64,000 nt of DNA from Syntrophales bacterium (GCA_963668175.1 OY764159.1:2560001-2624000), one strand, 5' to 3'; shown: positions 29,302-39,439, numbered from the stretch's first letter. Notes: generated by a model from the letters alone, not told the origin. Numbers and translations: made by a program.

Positions 29302-29637
29302 GATCGTTTTCCTTGAATGAATGGTTTGTTGTACGGGGAAACCGCCGCCTCCCGCCCATGTCCCTGCGGACAGCGTCCGCGATCGCAGATACCGCGCCGG
29401 GAAAGGCCTCATCGTGTCGATGTCATGCCGGGTTCGGCGTCTTCCATGAGGGAATCTTTCTGTCTGAAACGGCCGGGAATGACCCCGGCGGGAATTCCGA
29501 AAAAAGAGAGAGACGGCGCGCGATTCGGTGCAGGCGGCGTTCCCTCCGGTTATTGTTTCTTGAAGCTGCGGCATCGGCCCGCATCCTTCGATGAGGCGTC
29601 CGCGTCGCTCAATACTTTCGGGTTGCCGGTTAGTGAT

Positions 29638-29967
29638 TTACGAGAAAGAGGGGGGTGCTCGTTTGCGGGATACGCGGCGATTGGTGAAGTCTGCCTGCCT
29701 TTTGATCTCGTCCGGGCAAGCGCGTATAAAGAAAGGCTGCCGGCCGTAAGCGGCGGCATCGTGCGATATGCCCTGGTGGCACACGGTCTTGGGGCTGTGT
29801 TCCCCGCCGTCGTCTTCCTGTCCGCCGCTGCTCTGCATGACGGCGACGCCGATGTTCATGGGACGCCAGAAATCAGGAACGTCGTCCATCCCTGCGATCA
29901 GGCACAGAAACAGGATAGCGACGCATAAGAACCCTTTACGGAAAACGGCGCTTTTCAGGCTAAACAT
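29638..29967 (-). CDS. Small exported/membrane protein ending in a RAPP motif
   Basis: Hydrophobic N-terminus (FLCVAILFLCLIAG), low-complexity linker, C-terminal SRKRAPPSFS*. Confidence 0.45.
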   Translation of the reverse strand: MFSLKSAVFRKGFLCVAILFLCLIAGMDDVPDFWRPMNIGVAVMQSSGGQEDDGGEHSPKTVCHQGISHDAAAYGRQPFFIRACPDEIKRQADFTNRRVSRKRAPPSFS

Positions 29968-30168
29968 AAAGACGGTGTAACCCCTTTGGAACCTTAAACT
30001 TGTGTAACTTCCTATAACGCAGTCCGTGGGGCGTGTCAACGGATTTGTGTTCCTTCCTTTCCTCCATGCGGCGGTTCAAAACGGGTAAGGCGGAGACGTT
30101 GGGAGGTGCCGCCTGTTTCGTCGATGCCGCAAACCGGAACGACCGGCCCCGCCGTAAGTCCGGACCGG

Positions 30169-31587
30169 CTAGAGCCAGATGAATTTATTCTGTCCCGTGG
30201 CGCATTCGCTGCACATCCTGACGGGCGCAGGGTATCCGTAATTGGGCGCCTTGGCGCGTACCTGGCTGCAAGTGTCGCAGAAGATCCTCCCACAGACACG
30301 GCAGTGATGGCGCCTTGTCACGATCCCGAAGGTTGTCTTGCATTTATGGCAGGCCTTGGCGGCTTCATCCGGCACCCAGTGGGGGTTGTCGATCTCTTTC
30401 GAGCTTTTGACGGCCTGGGCCGGGGGGATTTTGACCGGCCCGGCGATATGGACCCACGGGACGGTGCCCGGCAGGAAGCAGGTGTTGAACTCCGTCATGC
30501 TCATGCCCGTCGTGCCGCCGTGGGCGTGGAACGACTGGACGAACCCCCGCGTTTCCGGCTGATGCGCGAAGGCGATATAATTCAGGGCGGGATAACCCGT
30601 CTTGGGATCGACGTTCTTCTGCACCTGCGTGATGAAGGCGTGGTTGCTTCCCCCGCCGCCGTCGCAGTTGAAGACGTAACCGTCGGGCATGGCCACGACC
30701 GATTCGCTCTTGATGCTCATGCCCGCCGACGGGACGAGATGGATCTGGACCCTCGGCTGCCCGACCGCCGGCGGGGAACGCCACAGCCGCCGCATGGCGT
30801 GATCGAGGCAGACCTCCATCCCGAAACGGATGCCGTCGACGGAGAACATGCCCAGCCCCTCGTAGCGCAGGCGCTGCGCCTCCTTTCCGCTGCCGCGGTT
30901 AAGGTTGCCTCCCTTGCCGGCCTTCAGGTGTTCGACGTCTTCGTGCATGAGCTTGTCGCCCACCTTGTCCCGCGGCTCGATCAGGATCTCCGTCACCTTG
31001 CCGGTATTGTCCTTGTTTTCCGAGCTTTTGCTCAGGAAGTCGATGCCGGACTTGAACTCCTTCATGACGATGCACGATCCGGACTCGCCCGTGTTGCCCT
31101 TCTGCACGACGACGATGTTGTAAACTTCAAGGCCGCGGTCGCGGGCGATGGACGGTCCCTGCGGGCGGTCCATGGCGTGCTTCTCGGAGGATGCGATGCA
31201 GCTCCCGAAGACGAAGAGCCAGTCCTTGAAAATGCTTGGGCTGACGAAGCTCCTAAGGCGCTCGACGATATTCAAGTAGGTTTCGAGGGAGTATGCGCCC
31301 TTCGTGCCGCGGAAGTAGAACTCGGGCGCCATGAAGAGCTTGAGGCAGTTGGCGCTCTTCTGGACGGCCAGCGATTCGTAGGCTCGGCGGATGGCGTCTT
31401 CCATGAGGGAACAGCGAAGCTGGATGTCCTTATCGTCGTCGGCGATGCCCGTGTATTGCTGCAGGCGCTCGTAGACGGGAAGGAGGGTGTTTAAGTCCGC
31501 GATTTCGAAGCCCTTGAGCGCACCCTTCACCTGCTTCGGAAACGTATCCAGCCTGTAGGCGATGAATTGGATATTTTGGTAGGCCAT
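30169..31587 (-). CDS. Nitrilase-like domain fused to a C-terminal FYVE zinc finger
   Basis: FMAPEFYF / VMKE / EVCLDH (E-K-C-like triad); WVPD...CHKC...RRHHCRVCG-x-x-FC-x-x-C...VRMC-x-x-C; GGAGG RBS. Confidence 0.85.
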   Translation of the reverse strand: MAYQNIQFIAYRLDTFPKQVKGALKGFEIADLNTLLPVYERLQQYTGIADDDKDIQLRCSLMEDAIRRAYESLAVQKSANCLKLFMAPEFYFRGTKGAYSLETYLNIVERLRSFVSPSIFKDWLFVFGSCIASSEKHAMDRPQGPSIARDRGLEVYNIVVVQKGNTGESGSCIVMKEFKSGIDFLSKSSENKDNTGKVTEILIEPRDKVGDKLMHEDVEHLKAGKGGNLNRGSGKEAQRLRYEGLGMFSVDGIRFGMEVCLDHAMRRLWRSPPAVGQPRVQIHLVPSAGMSIKSESVVAMPDGYVFNCDGGGGSNHAFITQVQKNVDPKTGYPALNYIAFAHQPETRGFVQSFHAHGGTTGMSMTEFNTCFLPGTVPWVHIAGPVKIPPAQAVKSSKEIDNPHWVPDEAAKACHKCKTTFGIVTRRHHCRVCGRIFCDTCSQVRAKAPNYGYPAPVRMCSECATGQNKFIWL

Positions 31588-31767
31588 GGTATCCTCCGGA
31601 AACGGTTTTTCGTGCGGGACCCGCCGCCGGCGTTGCGGCCCGGGGCCGGGAAAGGGAGTCGGCGCGTAACGTCCTGCCGTTATTCGTTAAAAACGGTACA
31701 AGTATAAGGCAAGGCCGTCACGGCTGTCAAAGGAAATCTTGCAGCGTTGCCGGCGGCCGGCCACCGG

Positions 31768-32907
31768 TTACGCCTTCCGGACGAGGTCGATGACGGCGAT
31801 TTCCGGCGGGGCCAGGATGCGTACTGGCGGCCCCCACGTCCCCGCGCCCCGGCTGACGTAGAGGTGCGACCGGGGCGGAAGCGCGAAATAGCCGGCATTG
31901 AACGGGTAGACCAGGCGGGTGACCAGGCCGAAGGGGAAAAGCTGTCCCTTGTGGGTATGGCCGGAAAGCTGGAGGTCGAAAAGACCCTCTGCGCCCCGCT
32001 CGACGACCGGCTGGTGCTTGAGGAAAAGCGTAAAGCCTTCGGGCCGGAGGCGGGACAGGAGTTCGCGGTCCGTCAGTTTCCCGCCTGGGCCGGAGCGCCT
32101 CCCCATGGGATCGTCGACGCCCGCGACCTGGATAACGCCCCGGACAGCCGCCGTTGCCCCCCGGAGGATCGTGAAGCCCGACGCCGTAAGGAACGCAACG
32201 GAGGCCTCGACGCCGGCGAAGAATTCGTGGTTTCCCAGGACGGCGAACTTGCCGTACCGGGGCTTGACGCCCTGGAGTAGTCTTACTGCCTCGGCCGTAT
32301 CGGTCGTCTCGCCGTCCAGCAGGTCGCCCGTGGCCGCGAGGACGTCGGGCTTCTCGTTTGCGGCGGCGGCGACGATCCGTTCCAGGCGCTTCTTGCGGAC
32401 GATGAGGCCGATGTGGACGTCGGATATCTGGACGATTCTGAGGCGACCGACATTTGCGGGAATCCGGTCCGAAACGATCGTGATCCGCTCCGTGCGGAGG
32501 CGCACCGCCTCGACGGCGCCCCAGATGTTGGCGGCGAGCGATACCGCCGCGGGGACGGCGAACGAGACAAAGGGCGACGGAACGAGTGACGGCGGGAGAG
32601 TCGTAAAGACAAGACCGGCCGCATGGACGGAGAGGGCATAGAGATCGAGACAGAGGGTGCCGGCGCAATAGACGAAGAGAAATCCCATCCAGAAGTAGCC
32701 CGTGTAGGCGACCGCGCGGGCCTGACTCTCCCGGCCGCGGCTCTCGAGCATCCGTTCGCCGACGGGGGCGACGACCATCAGGGCGAGGAAAAGGGCAAGA
32801 CCTGCGGCGGCCGCCGGAGCAAGCGGGTAAGCACCCGTTAGGCCGGTATAGAAGTAGAGGTGCATGCCGCCGTAGATGATGAAGAAGGTCGTGAGAAAAA
32901 GAGTCAT
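31768..32907 (-). CDS. Membrane-anchored metallophosphoesterase (YkuE/YaeI-like)
   Basis: N-terminal TM helices; SDVH, GDLLD, GNHE and SGHTH motifs. Confidence 0.92.
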   Translation of the reverse strand: MTLFLTTFFIIYGGMHLYFYTGLTGAYPLAPAAAAGLALFLALMVVAPVGERMLESRGRESQARAVAYTGYFWMGFLFVYCAGTLCLDLYALSVHAAGLVFTTLPPSLVPSPFVSFAVPAAVSLAANIWGAVEAVRLRTERITIVSDRIPANVGRLRIVQISDVHIGLIVRKKRLERIVAAAANEKPDVLAATGDLLDGETTDTAEAVRLLQGVKPRYGKFAVLGNHEFFAGVEASVAFLTASGFTILRGATAAVRGVIQVAGVDDPMGRRSGPGGKLTDRELLSRLRPEGFTLFLKHQPVVERGAEGLFDLQLSGHTHKGQLFPFGLVTRLVYPFNAGYFALPPRSHLYVSRGAGTWGPPVRILAPPEIAVIDLVRKA

Positions 32908-32962
32908 CGTCGAGAATGAACGGGTATTCCTTTCATGAATTTTTCAGGGCCGTTACGGCTCG

Positions 32963-34549
32963 TTATCCGGGCAGGGGCGAAAGCGAGGCCGCATGCCTTC
33001 CGGCGATCCGGCCGGAGGCCCAGGCCTCGGGATAATTGGATCCCACCTGGTAGAGGAAGCCGAAGAAGGAACCGAGTTCGCCCGCGGCGTAAAGCCTGGG
33101 GACGGGCCTGCCGTCGGGGTCCAGGACCTGGCCGTGGCGGTTCCGCTTCGGGCCCCCCTGCGTGTTTACGAGGGCGAGGCCCAGTTCCAGGGCATAGAAG
33201 GGCGGCGCCGCCAACGGTTCCATGGATTGGGGGGCGCGGCCGAATTCGGTGTCTTTTCCGGCCTCGGCGTCCCGGTTGAAACGGCCGACGGTCTCTTCCA
33301 GCCCATTCGCGTCGATGCCGCACCTGCCGGCCAGTTCGGCAATCGTATCCCCCTTGACGATCCAGCCCTTTGCCACTTCCGCCGCGTTGTCGCGGCTCCA
33401 GTCGTAGACCTGGTGGACCTCCGCGTAGCCGACGGGTTCCGACGGCTTCCGGGAGACGGGACCGGCCCGCCGGTGGGCCTCGTCGAAGACGAGATAGGCC
33501 GGCAGATGGGGGTACTCGGCCCGGTCGTGATCGAACCGGAGGATTTCCAGGGGGTCCCTGGTGTGATAGATGCGCTTCGTCTCCCGCATGAACCGCCTGC
33601 CGTACCTGTCGGCGAAAAGGAAACGCCCCGTCGCCGGGTTCCAGGGGATGCGCTCGGCGACGGCGACGCCGAAATGCCTGCTCGGCGCCTTCGCGCAGAA
33701 GCTTGCCCATTGCAGCGGCGCCGTATGCCAAAGGCAGGCGCCGGCCGCGGCGGCCATCTTCAGGCCGTCCCCCGTATTGCCCGGGGTCCCCAGGGGAAAG
33801 ACGTATCCGCTCACGCCCGGGTGGTTATAGTATCCGAACATTTCCGGGTTGTTTTCATAGCCGCCGCAGGCGAGGACGATGCCCCGGCGCGCCCTGATGT
33901 ATATCTCGCGGCCTTCGCTCAACGCCCTCACGCCCGCGACCTCGCCGGTCTCCGGGACCGTGACGAGATTCGCGGCGGCCGTCTTCACCATGACCCTGAT
34001 GTTCCTTTTCCCGACGAGGCGGGCGAGGAAGGCGAAGCCGTCTCTCCCCGTCGGATTGAAACGGAAGGCGGGGATCTTGGCTTTTCTGAGGGACGGGAAG
34101 TCGGGCGTTCTCGCGCCGATGTTCGGTCTTGCGCCCAGCCGCCGGAGGAGGTCGGGGACGCCGACCATCGCCTCGGCGAAACCGGCCAGCATGTCTTCGT
34201 CGACGGTGCCGAACGAGAGCCTGCGGTAATAGTCGGCCGCCTCGGAGACGTCGGCCGGGATGACCATGCCGCCGTGGCAGACGCCGCTGTTTCCCCCCGG
34301 AACGTCCATCTTTTCGAGAATGACGACGCGGGCGCCGTCGTCGTGGGCGGCGAGGGCGGCGCTCCCGCCCGCGGCGCCGTATCCGACGATCACGACGTCC
34401 GCCGTGTCGTCCCATTGCCGAACCTGTTTATAAGGAACGGACGCCGCCTCCGCGGGACGCAGGCCCGCAAGGCCCGTCGCGGCAATGCCCGCCGCCCCCC
34501 TGAGGAACGCTCTGCGGCTTACGCCATGGCCCGATTTCGTTCGATCCAT
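32963..34549 (-). CDS. Tat-exported FAD-dependent oxidoreductase (FAD_binding_2 family)
   Basis: SRRAFL Tat motif; VVIVGYGAAG, LACGGY, NTGDG and LYAAGE motifs. Confidence 0.9.
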   Translation of the reverse strand: MDRTKSGHGVSRRAFLRGAAGIAATGLAGLRPAEAASVPYKQVRQWDDTADVVIVGYGAAGGSAALAAHDDGARVVILEKMDVPGGNSGVCHGGMVIPADVSEAADYYRRLSFGTVDEDMLAGFAEAMVGVPDLLRRLGARPNIGARTPDFPSLRKAKIPAFRFNPTGRDGFAFLARLVGKRNIRVMVKTAAANLVTVPETGEVAGVRALSEGREIYIRARRGIVLACGGYENNPEMFGYYNHPGVSGYVFPLGTPGNTGDGLKMAAAAGACLWHTAPLQWASFCAKAPSRHFGVAVAERIPWNPATGRFLFADRYGRRFMRETKRIYHTRDPLEILRFDHDRAEYPHLPAYLVFDEAHRRAGPVSRKPSEPVGYAEVHQVYDWSRDNAAEVAKGWIVKGDTIAELAGRCGIDANGLEETVGRFNRDAEAGKDTEFGRAPQSMEPLAAPPFYALELGLALVNTQGGPKRNRHGQVLDPDGRPVPRLYAAGELGSFFGFLYQVGSNYPEAWASGRIAGRHAASLSPLPG

Positions 34550-34594
34550 GTTCGAGGAATCTTTCGTGCGGCGCATCGCCGTCCGGTCGGCCCG

Positions 34595-35095
34595 TCAGTC
34601 GGTTTCGTAGCAGGCGACGATTTCGCCGAAATAGAGGGTATGGTAATCTTTCTTGGGATAGAAGGACGCATCGACGGCCCCATCGAGGTTTGCCTGGTCC
34701 ATGGCCGTCTTGTAAACGATCCGGCATTCGTAATGACGCCCCGGAACCTTGATGATCGGGGATTCGACTTGCCGGGATGCCGCTGTGGTAAGTCCACAGC
34801 CTTGGAACTTGTCCATCACGCGGCCCGATTGCGAACCGCAGAAGGCCAGTTCCCTGGCGAAGCCCCCTGCCGGGATGGTAACGGTAAAGTCCTTCGCCGC
34901 CTCGATAATCCCGAAGGTATGCCGGCTCGGCCTTACGGCCACCATCATGATCCGCTTGCCCCAGACCACGCCCAGGGTGGCCCAGCCGATGGTCATGGTA
35001 TTGAGCCCCTTGTCCGACCTGACGGTCAGGAAGGCGCCTTCGCTCATTTTCCTGATGCTGTCTTGGGCGGCCGCCATATAGTGTACGTCTTGCAT
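34595..35095 (-). CDS. Flavin reductase-like (flavoredoxin) family protein
   Basis: NTMTIGW, VRPSRHT, CGSQSGR-x-x-DK and DYHTLYFGEI motifs. Confidence 0.88.
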   Translation of the reverse strand: MQDVHYMAAAQDSIRKMSEGAFLTVRSDKGLNTMTIGWATLGVVWGKRIMMVAVRPSRHTFGIIEAAKDFTVTIPAGGFARELAFCGSQSGRVMDKFQGCGLTTAASRQVESPIIKVPGRHYECRIVYKTAMDQANLDGAVDASFYPKKDYHTLYFGEIVACYETD

Positions 35096-35216
35096 GGCTT
35101 CTCCTCGTAAGAAATTTCGGATGCCACCGTCTTACCACTGCGGCGGCGAAAGCGCAACGGCCGGATCGAGCGGGACCGGCCGCGAGAAAGGCATGCCGGG
35201 TAATGCAGGCCCGTTC

Positions 35217-36179
35217 CTATTCGAGCCAGCCCAGCTTCACGCCCGCCCACACGCCGGCGAACACGCTGGTCATGAAGATGAAGCTGCTGACCGCAAAGAT
35301 CGGCACGCCGCTCAGGCCGTGGAGAACGTTGTCCCCCATGGCGACAGCGGCCGCGATGCCCATGACAAACCCGCCCGCAAGCGATGCGGGGATGCGTTTG
35401 TTGCTGTAAGGCTTGCCCGGGGACTTCCCCTTCGTCTTGCTCGCAATCAACGCCCCGATGGGCACGCCGAGCACCATGAAGACGCTCCCGTCGAACCCGG
35501 ACCAGTCGCCCTGGAGGAGGAGTGAAACGAGCCCGTCGCTGCCCTGCGTCATGCCGAGGCCGTAGGGCTTCCCGGCGAGGTTGCGGACCTCCCAGGCGGC
35601 GATGCCGATAAGCCCGATGGCGACGCCGGTGATCTGCCAGTTCCATCCGCCCTGGTAGGAATAGCTGCGGACACGGAGCACCCAGACAATGACGACGATG
35701 ATGAATACCGACACGAAGAGGATGCGGTTGATGTCGAAGACATGGTGAAAGGTCGTCGAGAGGGACCGGCTGTAAAAGAACTGGTGGACGGCCGGGGCGA
35801 TCCAGTCGTTGCTGAACCACACCCCGACGGCGAAAGCGCCGATGGTCCAGAGGTAATCGAGTTTGCCCTCGCCGGCGCGGTAGAAGACGGCCCCCGCGCA
35901 GCCCACGGCCAGGACCATGCCGAGGCCGTACACGAATCCCGCCGCCATGGTGATGAAGCCGAAACTCAGGGGCACCGTTACGCGCAGATACCCGAATTCG
36001 GTGAGCAAGTTGACCGCGAGCATCTGGACCAGGACGGCCAGGAGATAAGTTCGGAGCATGTACGGCTCACGGCCGGTTACAACCTCGTAGGAGGCTGAGA
36101 GCATTCAGAAACGCCCCCGTTGGGAGACGTAACCGAAGGCCAGGCCGACGGCGAGTCCGAGTAGGATCGAGGTTATCAT
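35217..36179 (-). CDS. YeeE/YedE-family sulfur/selenium-compound transporter with an in-frame TGA (probable selenocysteine at codon 25)
   Basis: MITSILLGLAVGLAFGYVSQRGRF-TGA(36105-36107)-MLSAS continues in frame into ORF 35217..36104; the family motif is QRGRFC; GMVLAVGCAG follows. Confidence 0.82.
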
Positions 36180-36241
36180 GTTTAAAGACCCGTTGCTATA
36201 GACTGGCGCTGAGTAAATATTCGGCAGGCGGAGCCGTCCGT

Positions 36242-36766
36242 TTACGGCCGCTTCCGGGACTGCCTGCCGTCGCATCCCATCCTGCGGCAGAGCCGCTTGT
36301 GTTCGGCGGCGGTGATCCACGGGACGTTGAGGTAATCGCGGAGCATGCCGTCCTTCATGCCGATGCGGCGTCCCTCCCTGACCGTCACTTCGTAGGCCTC
36401 GATTTCCGTATCGCGGTCCACGTACGACTTCTGCCTTTCGAAAAGGTCCCGGCCGTCCAGGTGCTGCTTCACGTGACAGAGTTCGTGGATGATATCCAGG
36501 TAGAGGAACCTAAGCGACGCGCTTTTCAGGTAATTGAGGCCGATGTTGATCGAGCCGTCGTCGTTGTCGACGGACATCACGTGGGGCGAATCCAGGATGA
36601 AGACTTCCGTTCTTTCCATGACATCGTCGAATTCACGCTTGTCGGTGAAGATCGTGCGCAGGATATCGTAGGAGCGGATATCGGGAAAAATCTCCGCCAG
36701 GCGGTATTGACCCGGCCCGACTGACCGGTTGATATGGAAGGTGTTCTCTCTTGCGTTCGCCGTCAT
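36242..36766 (-). CDS. Hypothetical protein with a zinc-peptidase-like HExxH motif
   Basis: DIIHELCHVKQ followed by EIEAY. Confidence 0.65.
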   Translation of the reverse strand: MTANARENTFHINRSVGPGQYRLAEIFPDIRSYDILRTIFTDKREFDDVMERTEVFILDSPHVMSVDNDDGSINIGLNYLKSASLRFLYLDIIHELCHVKQHLDGRDLFERQKSYVDRDTEIEAYEVTVREGRRIGMKDGMLRDYLNVPWITAAEHKRLCRRMGCDGRQSRKRP

Positions 36767-37085
36767 ACCTGTTCACCGTCATGCCTGTCCGCAATCGTGC
36801 CGCGGTGGAATGCGCCCGTCGGCGAACTGTCCGGCCGCCTTTGCGGCTTCCGGAGCAATCCATTCCGAGACGTTCTAACTTATATTAATATAGGGTATGG
36901 GAAGTCAAAATGCAAAAAAATGGACGGAAAATTTTTTGCCGCCGCCGGGGGCGGAGAAATCAATTTGTATGAAACAAGTACTTAAATCCCGGGGCAGTCA
37001 TGTATCTTGTATCGACGGAGCCGGATGCCACAAGCAGTAGTAGTATGGAAAGGTGCAGGCGTAACGAGGCCGGACCGCTTTTACC

Positions 37086-37270
37086 TGTCGAAATTCTTTA
37101 CAATTTTCCGGCGTATTACTATGTTAGTGATATTGGGCGGTTGGCGTGAAGGCTGCCGGGCGGGTCGACGGAAAAGTAAAGATTCTTTACAGGTTAAGTC
37201 CGTTCCCGGCAGGCGTATATATAAAAACATTAACTAAATCAGCTAATTGAATAGTTGGTATAGATTATGC
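37086..37270 (+). promoter_or_regulatory. sigma54 promoter with TTTACA-type enhancer boxes upstream of a PEP-CTERM gene
   Basis: TGGTATAGATTATGC (GG-N10-GC, 37257-37270); TGTCG-N6-TTTACA (37086-37102); AGTAA-N6-TTTACA (37175-37191). Confidence 0.7.
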
Positions 37271-37315
37271 TTATAATATGTCAAGAATAACGTCTGAAAA
37301 GTGGGAGGAATCGTC

Positions 37316-38002
37316 ATGAAAAAAATCGTACTCATTATCGCTGCTTTTTTTGCCCTGACGACGGGGGTTGCTTTTGCAGGCACTATTTACGACAACGGGT
37401 TACCTAATCTTTCAGATGCTGTGTTCAGTGATCCCAGTGCTACTGACTCAAATGGATTGACGCAAACAGCGGCGGGCAGTTTCTGGGTGTCGGGGTCCAG
37501 TAATCTTACAGATATCCATTGGTGGGGCATATACGGCAATGCGGTGCAGTCTCTGAATAACTTTACGATCAATATCTATGAAACGGCCGCAGCGGCCAAC
37601 CTGCCCGGATCTTTATATAAAAATGTCACGATAACAAACCTAACCGTCACCAATACCGGTACAAGAATAACGGATACTACTTACGGTGTTTACAAATATG
37701 ACATCACGATCAATCCGATTGCATTGTCTGCCGGAGTGATCTACTGGCTGGAAATCGTGAACACGACTGAGAATGGCGAGTGGGCTTGGGCAACTGCTGA
37801 TGGAAAAGATACAACTGCTTTTTTTAAGGACGGCAATTGGAATCTCTTAATTTTTGAAGATGGATCGACGGAGCAGCTTGCATTCTATTTAACCGACGAC
37901 GTCGAGGAGCCGCCGACGGGCGTTCCCGAACCCGGTACGATGATGCTTCTGGGCCTCGGCCTCGCGGGCGCTGCGGCCGCCAGGAAGCATTTCCGCAGAT
38001 AA
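37316..38002 (+). CDS. PEP-CTERM sorting-domain protein
   Basis: Signal peptide ending AFA; Thr/Asn-rich body; VPEPGTMMLLGLGLAG...RKHFRR tail. Confidence 0.92.
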   Translation: MKKIVLIIAAFFALTTGVAFAGTIYDNGLPNLSDAVFSDPSATDSNGLTQTAAGSFWVSGSSNLTDIHWWGIYGNAVQSLNNFTINIYETAAAANLPGSLYKNVTITNLTVTNTGTRITDTTYGVYKYDITINPIALSAGVIYWLEIVNTTENGEWAWATADGKDTTAFFKDGNWNLLIFEDGSTEQLAFYLTDDVEEPPTGVPEPGTMMLLGLGLAGAAAARKHFRR

Positions 38003-38026
38003 TCTCCCACAAGATATAGAACAGGC

Positions 38027-38060
38027 AAGGCAGGGTTCGTAAAAAACCCTGCCTTTTTTT
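38027..38060 (+). terminator. Rho-independent terminator
   Basis: AAGGCAGGGTT-loop-AACCCTGCCTT followed by a T tract. Confidence 0.8.
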
Positions 38061-38377
38061 GTTGGCGATAATCAGCCGCCGCGCCTTCTGTTTGATGCTT
38101 TTCCCATCGTATCATCCATGAAATGATTCGTCCCCGATGCAAACCGGACGGCCCTGTTTCGAGACCAGGCGGTTTCCCTCCATCTTTCGTCAACACCTCG
38201 CCCGGCGCTTCCGTCAAGGATGAAGGGTCCCGTACATCTCCCTCCTTCCCGGTTGCGTTATTTATTAAACCGGTCCGGAAGGGATGCGGCAAAGAATATC
38301 CTTCCCGACGGGTCTTTGTGTGCTATAGGAATGCCGTCGCTCCGGCGGCGACGTGTCCGGAAGGCGGTCTGATATAA

Positions 38378-39439
38378 ATGGATGTTGAAGGAAAACGAAA
38401 AACAGCGGCGATGGCGAAGACCCTGGCGGCGGCGGTGCCGGGAGGCATCCTGTTTTATCTCCTGCACGTGCCGCTTCCCTGGATGCTCGGGCCCTTGGCC
38501 GCCGTGCTGGCCTACAACGCCCTGAGCGGCGGAAAGGCCTGCTGGCCGGTGGGCATCCGCAACGTCGGCATGATCGTCATGGGGTATTCGATGGGCCGGG
38601 TGGTGACGGCGGACGCCTTGCGGCAGATCGCAGGCGACCTGCCCGCCATGTTCGCGGTCACGCTCCTCACGCTCCTCTTCAGCGCCGCGACGGGGTACGT
38701 CACCCACCGGCGGACGGGCGTGAGCCTCGCGAGCGGCGTCGTGGGCAGCATGCCCGGGGGACTCATGCAGATGGTCGTCCTCGGCGAGGAGATCAGGGAC
38801 GCGGACATGACCGTCGTGGCCTTCATGCAGACGCTGCGCGTTCTTGCCGTCGTCTTCATCGTGCCGGTCATTGCCACATTCGGCCTGGCCCATGCGGCCG
38901 GAGGCGCACCCCTGCCGCCCGTTCCGGCGGAGTCGGGCGATTTTGTCCGGGCTTTACCGGCGATAGCGGCGTCCGTTGCGGGCGCTTGGTTCGCCGTCCG
39001 GACGAAGCTCTCGACGCCTTATCTCCTCGGTCCCATCTTCGGCGCGGCGGCCGCGGTCCTCGCGGGTTTCCCCGCGCCTCCCGTGCCCCGGAGCGTTCTC
39101 AATATCGCCCAGCTCTTCTTCGGCGCTTACATGGGGCTCGCCATCACGACGGCGGCACTCAGGCAGCTCGGCAGGGTCTTCCCCTGGGCGCTCGGAGGCG
39201 CGGTGGTCCTGGTGGCGTTCACCTTCCTCCTGGGGGCGGGGCTGACCGTCTTCATGCCGGCGACGCTCCTGACCGCCTTCCTCAGCACGGCCCCGGGCGG
39301 CATGGCCGAGATGGGCATGACCGCCATCGTCCTCCACGCCGATATTGCGACCGTTCTCGTCTTCCAGCTCTTCAGGCTCTTTTGCCTGCTGATGGCTGTC
39401 CCGCCGTTCCTGAAGTGGTGGCTGAACAAGCCGCATTGA
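38378..39439 (+). CDS. AbrB-family (AidB-regulator-like) membrane protein
   Basis: PLPWMLGP; duplicated PGG-x-x-(Q/E)M and Q-x-x-R motifs; polytopic. Confidence 0.85.
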   Translation: MDVEGKRKTAAMAKTLAAAVPGGILFYLLHVPLPWMLGPLAAVLAYNALSGGKACWPVGIRNVGMIVMGYSMGRVVTADALRQIAGDLPAMFAVTLLTLLFSAATGYVTHRRTGVSLASGVVGSMPGGLMQMVVLGEEIRDADMTVVAFMQTLRVLAVVFIVPVIATFGLAHAAGGAPLPPVPAESGDFVRALPAIAASVAGAWFAVRTKLSTPYLLGPIFGAAAAVLAGFPAPPVPRSVLNIAQLFFGAYMGLAITTAALRQLGRVFPWALGGAVVLVAFTFLLGAGLTVFMPATLLTAFLSTAPGGMAEMGMTAIVLHADIATVLVFQLFRLFCLLMAVPPFLKWWLNKPH

